64,000 bases of DNA from the NCBI GenBank assembly GCA_964384345.1, contig CAYLKD010000002.1, forward strand, positions 45,518 through 109,517, read 5' to 3'. The position numbers were made by a program, and so were the translations under genes. This document shows positions 1-8,246 of this stretch, piece after piece. Below the pieces are notes generated by a model, which was given only the letters and a program-made list of their open reading frames with translations, was not told the DNA's origin and made no database searches. The stretch comes from an uncultured Candidatus Saccharibacteria bacterium. GTDB taxonomy: Bacteria; Patescibacteriota; Saccharimonadia; Saccharimonadales; Saccharimonadaceae. Within the stretch, counting starts at the first letter, position 1, and each line of letters begins with the position of its first letter.

Positions 1-47
1 ATGCGAGCAACTCCTATAAGAGTTGAGAGCCTTATATGTCAAAGAAC

Positions 48-72
48 CGCCCTTTTAGTAGGGCGTTTTTTT
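48..72 (+). terminator. Rho-independent terminator-like hairpin
   Basis: CGCCC (48-52), 8-nt loop, GGGCG (61-65), followed by T7 (66-72). It probably ends a plus-strand gene lying upstream of the window. Confidence 0.55.
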
Positions 73-192
73 GTGGGCAATAATAGCTAAAGAAATAGGC
101 TCGCCTTTGGAGCTCTGAAGTTCGTCAATGTTGACGAGCCTAGATCTCCCGGCGAGCCGGATATGCCTGAAACATTCAGGCGGATGGCGTAG

Positions 193-381
193 CTACGACT
201 TGAAATCATCAAGCTCCACGATGAGTCGCTCAAGTCGACGTTCGAGGCGAGGAACGGTGACATTTCGGCGCCACCAGCTCCTGCGCCTGTTCGCCTTGGC
301 AATCATCGCCTTGCACTCACGGATGCGATCCTCGATTGCATCCTCAGGAAAAATCCTAGCCACGATTGTTTCTCCGATCAT
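193..381 (-). CDS. Hypothetical small protein (62 aa), Arg/Glu-rich and coiled-coil-like, with atypical codon usage
   Basis: This ORF is the only non-low-complexity frame in a locally GC-rich patch. My hand count gives GC3 of 38/62 codons. No SD was seen and there is no recognisable family. Confidence 0.3.
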   Translation of the reverse strand: MIGETIVARIFPEDAIEDRIRECKAMIAKANRRRSWWRRNVTVPRLERRLERLIVELDDFKS

Positions 382-452
382 GTAGAAGGGTAAAACTGAC
401 TATATTATATCAAATATATACAATAAAGTCAATATATGAGATACTATAATGA

Positions 453-1106
453 ATGAGAGAATTTCAAGTGATTACCCTTTTTCCAGAAATGTTTGTGGGT
501 GTTTTTGGAAACTCAATGATGTGGAAGGCCCAGAATAATAGTATCGTCGAGCTAACGACGGTGAATTTGCGTGATTTTGGCCTCGGCCCACGTAAGCAAG
601 TTGATGACACGCCATACGGGGGTGGTGATGGGATGCTGTTGATGATCGAACCACTGTGGAAAGCAGTGCAGGCTGCGAAAGAAGTTGATCCTACCGCAAA
701 AGTAATTCTTATGACACCCAAAGGACAGCGCTGGAAGCAATCGCTTGCACAGGAATGGTCACAGGCAGATAACGGCTATATATTTATCTGTGGACGTTAT
801 GAAGGCTATGACGAACGTATATTGGAGCTGGTTGACGAAGAAGTCAGTGTCGGTGACTATGTTTTGACTGGTGGTGAATTACCAGCGATGACTATTATTG
901 ATAGTATCGTTCGTCTCATACCTGGCGTACTTGGGGGTGAGAAGAGTGCGGAAATCGAGAGTTTTTCCGATGGAGAAACACTGGAGTTTCCGCAGTATAC
1001 GCGTCCAGAAGAATATGAAGGCATGCGAGTGCCGGACGTGCTGCTCAGTGGTCACCACGCGCAAATCGCAAAATGGCGCGAATCTAATAGCAACACGGCA
1101 AAATAA
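453..1106 (+). CDS. trmD: tRNA (guanine37-N1)-methyltransferase TrmD
   Basis: The N-terminus FQVITLFPEMF, the motif DDTPYGGGDGMLL and the CGRYEGYDERI block are typical of TrmD. Length is 217 aa. Confidence 0.95.
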   Translation: MREFQVITLFPEMFVGVFGNSMMWKAQNNSIVELTTVNLRDFGLGPRKQVDDTPYGGGDGMLLMIEPLWKAVQAAKEVDPTAKVILMTPKGQRWKQSLAQEWSQADNGYIFICGRYEGYDERILELVDEEVSVGDYVLTGGELPAMTIIDSIVRLIPGVLGGEKSAEIESFSDGETLEFPQYTRPEEYEGMRVPDVLLSGHHAQIAKWRESNSNTAK

Positions 1107-1149
1107 AATACACCTCCAATGAGGTGAAAAATCACTGAGAGACCAAATC

Positions 1150-1173
1150 AGGAGGGGCAAGCCCCTCCTTTAT
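1150..1173 (+). terminator. Intrinsic terminator after trmD
   Basis: AGGAGGGGC (1150-1158) pairs with GCCCCTCCT (1161-1169), followed by TTTAT. Confidence 0.55.
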
Positions 1174-1241
1174 CAATCTGGAGTTGTGGTGGATATCGTA
1201 GAGCGAACGATCACATTTTTTACGGTGTTTTTGTTTTTGCA

Positions 1242-1811
1242 ATGTCGCTACGAATGATAATACCCTATGAAGTATTGATTCGACAAGCATCTTTTCAAAA
1301 AGCACAACATAAGCAGTATTTGACTACTGTTATGAGCGTGTATACTGAGTGTATGAAGCGAATAATTCCTACAGTTTTCCATCGTAATGGGCTCCACCTA
1401 TATTTGTCTCTGGCACTGGGCGGTGTCATGTTAGTGTTAACACTGCTACAGCTCTTTAGTTATGAGGATATGCCCTCAGTACTTAGTGTTTTGTTGCCAA
1501 ATGACTGGATAAGTAATGCCAGTATAGTAATGGCATGTATCGTCACAATAGAAGTTTTTGCAATCCCATATTTTTTGCCGTTGGCTCTCAGTCCTTTGGC
1601 TCGCTTATGTTCAGCGGTTTTTGCATTATTTGTGCCATTAGTATGGGCAATGGTGAATGCGTACGCCGTTGCTGTCGGTCAAGATGGTAATGCGGGATTC
1701 ACGAGTCCTAAATTGCCACTGCATGCTTCGTTTGTTAGTGTCTCGGCGAAGATAGTGTTGTTTTGTGCGGTGGTCGGTCTCATGATCGTCGATCAACGCC
1801 GCTCATCTTGA
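1242..1811 (+). CDS. Hypothetical polytopic membrane protein
   Basis: The ORF has about 4 hydrophobic helices. The real start may be an internal Met (about 1332 or 1353), because the first 30 aa are hydrophilic. Confidence 0.55.
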   Translation: MSLRMIIPYEVLIRQASFQKAQHKQYLTTVMSVYTECMKRIIPTVFHRNGLHLYLSLALGGVMLVLTLLQLFSYEDMPSVLSVLLPNDWISNASIVMACIVTIEVFAIPYFLPLALSPLARLCSAVFALFVPLVWAMVNAYAVAVGQDGNAGFTSPKLPLHASFVSVSAKIVLFCAVVGLMIVDQRRSS

Positions 1812-1849
1812 GTATCAAGCGCTAAAATGCTACCATGATAAAGCACTAT

Positions 1850-1924
1850 TGGGGTGTCGCCAAGTGGTAAGGCACTGGTTTCTGGTACCAGCATTCAGGG
1901 GTTCGAATCCCTTCACCCCAGCCA
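1850..1924 (+). tRNA. tRNA-Gln (anticodon CUG), CCA encoded
   Basis: Acceptor TGGGGTG pairs with CACCCCA. The anticodon stem CTGGT/ACCAG carries loop TTCTGGT. The T-arm is GGGGTTCGAATCCC, followed by G-CCA. The sequence is close to E. coli tRNA-Gln. Confidence 0.92.
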
Positions 1925-1930
1925 CGAAAA

Positions 1931-1958
1931 ACGCCAGACCATTCGGTCTGGCGTTTTT
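1931..1958 (+). terminator. Intrinsic terminator after tRNA-Gln
   Basis: ACGCCAGACC, loop ATTC, GGTCTGGCGT (10-bp stem), then T-run 1955-1958. An A-run precedes it, so it may act in both directions. Confidence 0.8.
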
Positions 1959-2148
1959 CGTCTCATGCAGTCGGAATTAGAGCATATGCTAGGCTTTCGT
2001 CTTATTTGTAAATTCGGCTTATTCACATGAACATAAAAATTGTCTGGTAAAAATCCGACACGATCAAAATGAATACTTGATCAACTTTTAAGGAATGTAT
2101 TTCAGTATCAATGATTCTTAAAATAGGGGAACTATTAGTAAGAACATA

Positions 2149-2179
2149 TTAACAGAGAGCCATTAAAGCTCTCTGTTAA
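2149..2179. repeat. Perfect 12-bp inverted repeat (possible terminator of the minus-strand stress gene, or a protein-binding site)
   Basis: TTAACAGAGAGC (2149-2160), 7-nt loop, GCTCTCTGTTAA (2168-2179). There is no clear U-tract on either side. Confidence 0.45.
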
Positions 2180-2197
2180 TATGACGAAGTTTAATTG

Positions 2198-2416
2198 TTA
2201 GTTGTCATTGTCGTGGCTGTGCTCACCACCTTCAACTTTTGCTTCGTGCGGCTGAGCCTCTGCACCCATTTTTCCTAGCTCTGACATATCTTGTTCATCA
2301 CTACTGTGCTCTCCGCCTTCACGCTTAGCTTCAGTTGACTGAGCCTGACCGCCCATACTAGCAATTTCTTTTTGTTCGTCTTCGTCCATACTGGCAAATC
2401 CTTGATCATCTGACAT
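2198..2416 (-). CDS. Small acidic stress-protein-like protein with two KGG/GGxHS-type repeats
   Basis: An internal duplication reads MGGQAQSTEAKREGGEHS / MGAEAQPHEAKVEGGEHS. An SD (AAAGGAGAG) lies upstream. It resembles the YciG/general-stress KGG repeat family. Confidence 0.55.
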   Translation of the reverse strand: MSDDQGFASMDEDEQKEIASMGGQAQSTEAKREGGEHSSDEQDMSELGKMGAEAQPHEAKVEGGEHSHDNDN

Positions 2417-2514
2417 AGTAGCTCTCCTTTTATTTGGTTGCTATTGCATTATGTATTGTAGGTCCTAAGGCAATACCTAACCATGATGCATGTCCGGATG
2501 AGCTGTTAATTTTC

Positions 2515-3160
2515 TTACACGACATCATTGTCAAGGATCGTACGTAATCCATGAATGTTAATGATGGCCAAACTGTTTGTCGTGCGTTTGATATATTTCT
2601 TCGCAATAAATTCGAGTATTACTCGATTGACCGTTTCTCTCGTCAAGCTTATTGAGTCTGCGATATCTTGGTACGTTGTAGGAACAACTATAGTGACTAT
2701 GCCATCTCGCTCCTTGCCGTAATACTTTGCTAAAAATAGTAATCGGTAAGCGATGCGCTCGTGTGCAGATTTTAATTCAAGATTTATGATCCGCTGATTT
2801 GAATAGTCGAACGCGTCAAGTGCCATAGATAACGCCTGACGTATGAGCGCAGGATCGTTTTCGATGTGCTTTTGAAAGTGGTGCTTAGATATAATACTCA
2901 CTTCAATGGGAGTAATGGATTCAAAAAAAAAGTTGTTGGGCGCCACTATGGAATGCCCATAAAAATGGAAAAATACTGCCCGGCCCGGACAGTACAACTA
3001 TTTGAGTTTCACCGACTTTATTAATGGTATACGCCTTAATATATCCTGATTTCAAAAAGTAAACCCCACGTGGTTCTTCATCGGGGCTCAACAAGATTTC
3101 ACCCTTATGAAAACGGTGTGTCTTCAAATCTTCAAATAGCGCCTTGAGTGGATTATACAT
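2515..3160 (-). pseudogene. Crp/Fnr-family transcriptional regulator, frameshifted at a T9 homopolymer
   Basis: ORF 2921..3160 encodes the cNMP-binding beta-roll N-terminus. ORF 2515..2997 encodes the C-helix plus the HTH (SLTRETVNRVI). The two frames join if the T run at 2923-2931 (minus strand) is 8 rather than 9 nt, giving ...AQQLFFESITPIEV... Confidence 0.8.
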
Positions 3161-3280
3161 AAGTGTGATTTACTATTATCGAGCTATATATTCTTTTTTA
3201 GTATACGGGAGAGATAACTTGATGAGAGATAAATGTTTAGTACTATATTACTAGACTACATAAAAGAGGAGATGATTGAT

Positions 3281-3712
3281 ATGGCGAGTATTAACCCTTA
3301 TATAAATTTCAACGGGAACGCTGAAGAAGCATTCAACTTTTACAAATCGGTGTTTGGTGGTGAGTTCGAAACCGTAGTTCGTTTTAAAGATCTTGAGAGT
3401 TCAGAGTTTACCGTGCCAGAAAACGAAGCCAATAAGATTATGAGAATAGTGCTTCCAATCGGTGCAAATGTATTGATCGCCAACGATGTACCAGAAGCCA
3501 TGGGTCCAGTAAGCGAGCGTGAGAATCGATCAAAAATCGCGATCAACACAGAAAGTCGTGCTGAAGCCGACCAGATCTTTACTAGACTTAGCGAGAATGG
3601 GGAAATTGAAATGCCAATGAGTAGTAGCCCATGGGCTACATACTTCGGTATGTTTCGAGATAAGTACGGCATCGAGTGGACTATAGAGTGTAACAATAGC
3701 GCTAACAACTAG
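3281..3712 (+). CDS. VOC/glyoxalase-family protein (PhnB-like)
   Basis: The pattern INPYINFNGNAEEAFNFYKSVFGG ... FRDKYGIEW is typical of PhnB/3-demethylubiquinone methyltransferase-like VOC proteins. SD AAGAGGAG lies 9 nt upstream of ATG 3281. The ORF stays open upstream to 3233. Confidence 0.75.
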   Translation: MASINPYINFNGNAEEAFNFYKSVFGGEFETVVRFKDLESSEFTVPENEANKIMRIVLPIGANVLIANDVPEAMGPVSERENRSKIAINTESRAEADQIFTRLSENGEIEMPMSSSPWATYFGMFRDKYGIEWTIECNNSANN

Positions 3713-3786
3713 CAGTGTATAGTGCTTTTGTTTGTCTGAGTAATACGCTATAGTATTGATAAATCATTTTAACAAAAGGCTATTTA

Positions 3787-4506
3787 ATGGCGACTCCACG
3801 GCTTCCAGTTCCCGGTCAAGACGATGGCAAATGGGGTGAGATTCTCAATGACTTTCTTTCACAGTCACATAACACCGATGGCAGCTTAAAACAGGGTGCA
3901 GTTTCAACGGCTGGTGCAGCCCAAGATGCAAATGTCGTCCATACCTCTGGTGCCGAGACAATAGCAGGAACAAAAACATTTCAAGCTCCGGTCATCGTCC
4001 CTTCTCCAACACAGAATACGCACGCTGCAACAAAGGCGTACGTTGATGCTGCAGCAAACGCAGGTGCGTCAGATGCTACTACGACTAGCAAAGGCCTCAT
4101 ACAACTTGCCGGCGATCTTGGCGGTACGGCTGCCGTACCCACTGTGCCTGGTTTAGCAGGTAAGGCAAATGTTTCACATACCCATACTGCATCGCAAATC
4201 TCAGATGCATCTATTATTGGTCGAGATGTTTTGATAGCAAGTAATGCTGCAGCAGCTCGCGCTGTAATTGGTGCTGGAACTGGAAGTAGTAATCTGACTC
4301 TTGGAACAACGAGCACGACTGCAAAAGCAGGAGACTACACACCATCAAAGGTTGATGTCGGTCTAGCGAATGTTGATAATACAAGTGATACAGATAAGCC
4401 AATTTCAACTGCAATGCAAAGCGCGCTCGATACTAAAGTCAATGCTGCTGATCTCTCAGCCGTAGCAACTTCAGGGAGTTATACCGATCTTACAAATAAC
4501 CTGTGA
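3787..4506 (+). CDS. Phage tail-fibre-like repeat protein (N-terminal part of a fibre/spike)
   Basis: The N-terminus LPVPGQDDGKWGEILNDFL, the motifs KGLIQLAGDLGGTAAVPTVPGL and GLANVDNTSDTDKPIS, and the C-terminal SGSYTDLTNN are motifs I associate with phage tail fibres. The composition is Ala/Thr/Gly-rich. Confidence 0.7.
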   Translation: MATPRLPVPGQDDGKWGEILNDFLSQSHNTDGSLKQGAVSTAGAAQDANVVHTSGAETIAGTKTFQAPVIVPSPTQNTHAATKAYVDAAANAGASDATTTSKGLIQLAGDLGGTAAVPTVPGLAGKANVSHTHTASQISDASIIGRDVLIASNAAAARAVIGAGTGSSNLTLGTTSTTAKAGDYTPSKVDVGLANVDNTSDTDKPISTAMQSALDTKVNAADLSAVATSGSYTDLTNNL

Positions 4507-6227
4507 TTCCTGCAAGTGCAACTGATGCTACGTCATCCACAAAAGGTGTCATACAACTCGCTGGCGATCTTGGCGGTACAGCTGCCTTGCCTACTGTGCC
4601 TGGTTTGGCAGGTAAAGAGCCTACCGTAACGGCTGGTACTACTGCTCAGTATTACCGCGGAGACAAGACGTGGCAGACATTTAGCAAAGGAGCGCTCGGG
4701 TTAGCAAATGTCGATAACACCAGTGACGCGAATAAGCCAATCTCTACAGCTACGCAAACGGCGCTTGATACAAAGCTTACCGCCTCGGCCACCGACGCCA
4801 CTATTGCTGCGCTGGTTCAAAACTATGCGAGCTCGACCGGATCAACGCTTTCCAAAACGTATGCGCGGGGCGTCAGCATTAAAGAGTATGGAGCAACCAC
4901 AGGCTCTGCGGATAATGCTGCTGCTATACAGTCGGCTATTGATGCTGTCGCAACAGACGGCGGCGGCGTCATATTCATACCACGCGGGACATGGATAACC
5001 GGTCCAATCGTTATGAAAACTGGTGTGACTGTAGCAGGTGAAGGTTACAATAGCATTCTTAAGCTTAAGAATGGCTCAAACGCTCACATGTTCACGTTGG
5101 CAACGGCCAGTGAAAAATGGACAGGTTTTCGCGATGTGCGTCTAGATGGAAATAAGGCAAATCAAACCTCTGGTGATATCATTCACTACGATCAAACTGG
5201 CTATACATCATCTGACACTACGACACTACTCGTCGCAGATCCAAATCATTATTTGCATCGTGTTGTTTTGATCAACGCAAAGGGGCATGGGTTTTATCAC
5301 TACTCGGACTCAAATGGTGCATGTCAGCTGATTGATGTAGTATCGTACGGCAATGATAACACGGCATTTTATATAGCATCACCAGATAACCAACTCGATC
5401 ACTGTATTGGAGCTGGCTCTGGACAGCAAGGCTTCAATATTTCGGGCAATCAAAATCGATTACTTGGTTGTAAAGCATTCATCAATGGGCAAATCACCGC
5501 TTCAAACGGAGTTGGATTTTTGGTAAGTGGTGGCCGTAACGACTTGATCCACTGTGAGGCGCAGGATAATCGAAACCATGGATTTAGCTTGGTTGCCTTG
5601 GCGGACGCAATTGTTATCGTAAAGTCTGAGCGAAATGGACTTGGAGCTGGCGGTAACCCTACTGGAGGGGTTGGAGATGGTATGTATGCTCAAGCAGTCA
5701 CTAATTCTCATATCGTACTCAATGCAACTGACCGGCTAGTATCAAGTACCGCAATGCAGCGATGGGGTTATAACCTCGGAGCTGGCAATGACGGAAATAT
5801 AGTACAAATTACCGGAGGAGCAAATTCAACCGGTACAGCGGGAATTGGTTCGTGGGGCCCTAATAGCATTGTTACCGAAGTTTTCCAGGGTAAAATGGTT
5901 GCACGACCGATTGCTCCGTCTGCAGCAACATCACAATCCGGTACAACGTATACAGCGGTAATGGCTGATGCGGGTACCGTCGTTGAAATGAATAATGCCG
6001 CAGCTTCGACATTTACTATCCCGCCAAATTCTTCGGTCGCTTTCCCAATCGGTACGGTAATTGAAGTCGACCAAATGGGTGCTGGACAAGTGACGCTAGC
6101 AGCTGGTGCTGGCGTGACGCTGAGATCACGCGGCGGTGCTTATAAGCTCACTGCACAATATTCGGTAGCATCTTTACGTAAACGTGCGGATGACGAATGG
6201 GTTGTTGTAGGAGATTTGACACCGTGA
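4503..6227 (+). CDS. Pectate-lyase-superfamily (right-handed beta-helix) tailspike/depolymerase-like protein
   Basis: The GTG start overlaps the upstream TGA (GTGA). The N-terminus repeats the fibre motifs. SIKEYGATTGSADNAAAIQSAIDAV..GGGVIFIPRGTW is the Pectate_lyase_3-type entry into a beta-helix. Length is 574 aa. Confidence 0.75.
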   Translation: MIPASATDATSSTKGVIQLAGDLGGTAALPTVPGLAGKEPTVTAGTTAQYYRGDKTWQTFSKGALGLANVDNTSDANKPISTATQTALDTKLTASATDATIAALVQNYASSTGSTLSKTYARGVSIKEYGATTGSADNAAAIQSAIDAVATDGGGVIFIPRGTWITGPIVMKTGVTVAGEGYNSILKLKNGSNAHMFTLATASEKWTGFRDVRLDGNKANQTSGDIIHYDQTGYTSSDTTTLLVADPNHYLHRVVLINAKGHGFYHYSDSNGACQLIDVVSYGNDNTAFYIASPDNQLDHCIGAGSGQQGFNISGNQNRLLGCKAFINGQITASNGVGFLVSGGRNDLIHCEAQDNRNHGFSLVALADAIVIVKSERNGLGAGGNPTGGVGDGMYAQAVTNSHIVLNATDRLVSSTAMQRWGYNLGAGNDGNIVQITGGANSTGTAGIGSWGPNSIVTEVFQGKMVARPIAPSAATSQSGTTYTAVMADAGTVVEMNNAAASTFTIPPNSSVAFPIGTVIEVDQMGAGQVTLAAGAGVTLRSRGGAYKLTAQYSVASLRKRADDEWVVVGDLTP

Positions 6228-6817
6228 GAGGTGGCGTCATAGCATCGTCACAACGACGAGGAGCTATAATCACTAACCCTCCTATTTCAGATACGTTTTC
6301 AACGACATTCTCAACAACGAACTGGGCAGGAAATTCGTATGGGGTCTCTACTGTTAGTGGGCGTCTGCGGATTCCATGTACATCCAGCTATCCCCAAGCA
6401 GAAACCGCTGCGGTATTTGATATAAACTTGTACGCACTGTGGATTGAATTACCAACTGTACCGGTTGCGGGTAATGGTACGACGCAGACTCATTTCGCGA
6501 TTGAAAATAGTGGGCGTTCTAGTTTAGCCTCATTTAATTTATCTGGTGCGCCACTATCAATAGCTATGCAACTTACCGGTTCCTCCACGACGTTCTTAAC
6601 GTATAATGCAACTAATCATCGTTGGTTACGTTTTCGGTTACTGAGTGGTAATTTACTGTGGGAAGTGTCACCTGACAAAATTACATGGACACAGATTCGC
6701 ACGATTGCAGCTCCCGCGTGGGCCACTGCTGGTTCACTGAGGGTTCTGGTTGACAGTAGTTATTATGGAACAGAGACTGCACCTGGCAATGCAGAATTTG
6801 ATAATTTTAACGTTTGA
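6224..6817 (+). CDS. Hypothetical protein, jelly-roll/carbohydrate-binding-like
   Basis: In-frame GTG 6224 overlaps the stop of the previous gene (GTGA again). The ORF is open from 6197. The pattern HRWLRFRLLSGNLLWEVSPDKITWTQI resembles LamG/CBM-type domains. Confidence 0.55.
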   Translation: MRGGVIASSQRRGAIITNPPISDTFSTTFSTTNWAGNSYGVSTVSGRLRIPCTSSYPQAETAAVFDINLYALWIELPTVPVAGNGTTQTHFAIENSGRSSLASFNLSGAPLSIAMQLTGSSTTFLTYNATNHRWLRFRLLSGNLLWEVSPDKITWTQIRTIAAPAWATAGSLRVLVDSSYYGTETAPGNAEFDNFNV

Positions 6818-6855
6818 TCCATTAATCTGCATACCAAACAGGTATACTTAGTAGA

Positions 6856-8133
6856 ATGATACAATCAATCACCGAAGAGCTTAGTTTAGAAAAAATTGTT
6901 GGCGGCGGGCAAGCGCTCGGTGTGTTGGCCGATGGGCGCAAAGCGTTCGTGTGGGGAGGTCTTCCTGGTGAAACGGTTGTGGCAACCTTCAACAAGCAAA
7001 AAAAACGTTTCGTAGATGGCGTCGTGGATCGTGTGGTGCAGCCGAGTCCTGCACGTATCCAAGCTAAGGACCCAGACAGTTATCTTAGTACGTCGCCGTG
7101 GCAAATCATGGATTTTGCAAGTGAGCAACGCTATAAGGCAGAGTTAGTACGCGAAGCATATGCGCTGCACAATATCGAATTGCCAGATACGATTGATATT
7201 TATACAGACAACAATGAGTATGGTTATCGCAACAAAATCGAATGTAGCTTTATGTGGGACGATAAAACGCAGCAGCTTGATCTAGCATTTTTTAAACGTG
7301 GCTCACACGAGAAAATTGCCATTTCAGGAACAGCAATAGCACATCCGAGCCTCAATTCCTTAGCTGTCCAAATTCGTGACGTATTTCGACAGAAGCCCAC
7401 GACTATGCAGTCGTTAGTATCGTTACTCATTCGCTGTGATCAAATGGGAAACTGCGTCTTCCAACTCTTTACAACAAATAAAGATGCATTTGCGCTGACG
7501 AGTGATGAATTCGAGGCGCTAACATCGTCTGGTGGTGAACTCATCTATGTCGATCCCGTGACCCGGGCAACGAAAGTATTGGTTACCTATGGCACGACAA
7601 CGCTAACGGATACAATACTTGGTACTTCGTTTCAGTACAAATGTGACAGTTTTTTCCAAGGAAATGTTCCACTCTATGAGCAGGCTCTGACAGATATGAA
7701 ACAATGGGTTGGTGAAGGTCCGGTAGTTGATATGTATAGCGGCGTCGGTACAATTGGCTTTACGGTCGGCGGCGACAATCTTACTCTTATAGAATCCAAC
7801 AAATCAGCAATTGATGAAATGAAGCGTAATCGTTATGAGCTTGGAAAAAAAGCAACAATAATCGAAGCAACCTCGGAAGCATCTTTAGAATATATCGTGC
7901 CTGAGGCAACTATTATAGTTGATCCACCACGTGCAGGGCTACATGAAGCTGTCGTTGATCAGCTGCTAGCAAAAAAGCCCTCACGAATAATCTATCTAAG
8001 TTGCAATCCCGTCACGCAAGCTCGTGATATAAAATACCTCAGTGCAAGCTATAAAATTATATATCAAAGAGGTTATAACTTTTTCCCACGCACACCGCAC
8101 ATCGAGTATCTCGTCGTCTTGGACCTGCAGTAG
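6856..8133 (+). CDS. RNA (uracil-5)-methyltransferase, TrmA/RumA (RlmD) family
   Basis: There is a TRAM-like N-terminus. The SAM-MTase motifs are VDMYSGVGTIG, VDPPRAGL and YLSCNP, with a C-terminal FPRTPHIEYLVVL. Confidence 0.85.
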   Translation: MIQSITEELSLEKIVGGGQALGVLADGRKAFVWGGLPGETVVATFNKQKKRFVDGVVDRVVQPSPARIQAKDPDSYLSTSPWQIMDFASEQRYKAELVREAYALHNIELPDTIDIYTDNNEYGYRNKIECSFMWDDKTQQLDLAFFKRGSHEKIAISGTAIAHPSLNSLAVQIRDVFRQKPTTMQSLVSLLIRCDQMGNCVFQLFTTNKDAFALTSDEFEALTSSGGELIYVDPVTRATKVLVTYGTTTLTDTILGTSFQYKCDSFFQGNVPLYEQALTDMKQWVGEGPVVDMYSGVGTIGFTVGGDNLTLIESNKSAIDEMKRNRYELGKKATIIEATSEASLEYIVPEATIIVDPPRAGLHEAVVDQLLAKKPSRIIYLSCNPVTQARDIKYLSASYKIIYQRGYNFFPRTPHIEYLVVLDLQ

Positions 8134-8246
8134 CAACGCGTAGTATCATTTACTACTAAATAACCATTTGTATGTAATGCAACATATTGTATAATTGGAA
8201 ATGGTGAGGGGCTGGCTCTCATCATCACACCTCTCTTGGAGGAACG

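Noticed and set aside
87-385. Alternative frames 87-302 (minus strand) and 128-385 (plus strand) overlapping the small orphan ORF.
   Set aside because: Both are Ser/Arg-rich low-complexity translations typical of off-frame reading of a GC-rich patch. Even the retained 193-381 frame is only weakly supported.
4492-4506. A canonical programmed -1 slippery heptamer (X XXY YYZ) at the ORF1/ORF2 fibre junction.
   Set aside because: The sequence ACA AAT AAC CTG TGA contains no X XXY YYZ motif, and I saw no obvious downstream pseudoknot. A frameshift remains possible but is not supported by a known signal.
4069-4790. Diversity-generating retroelement (a template/variable repeat pair) as the explanation for the duplicated about 100-nt segments in the fibre genes.
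   Set aside because: Differences between the copies are spread over all four bases and are mostly synonymous third-position changes. They are not adenine-specific. Both copies are coding, and no reverse transcriptase is present in the window.
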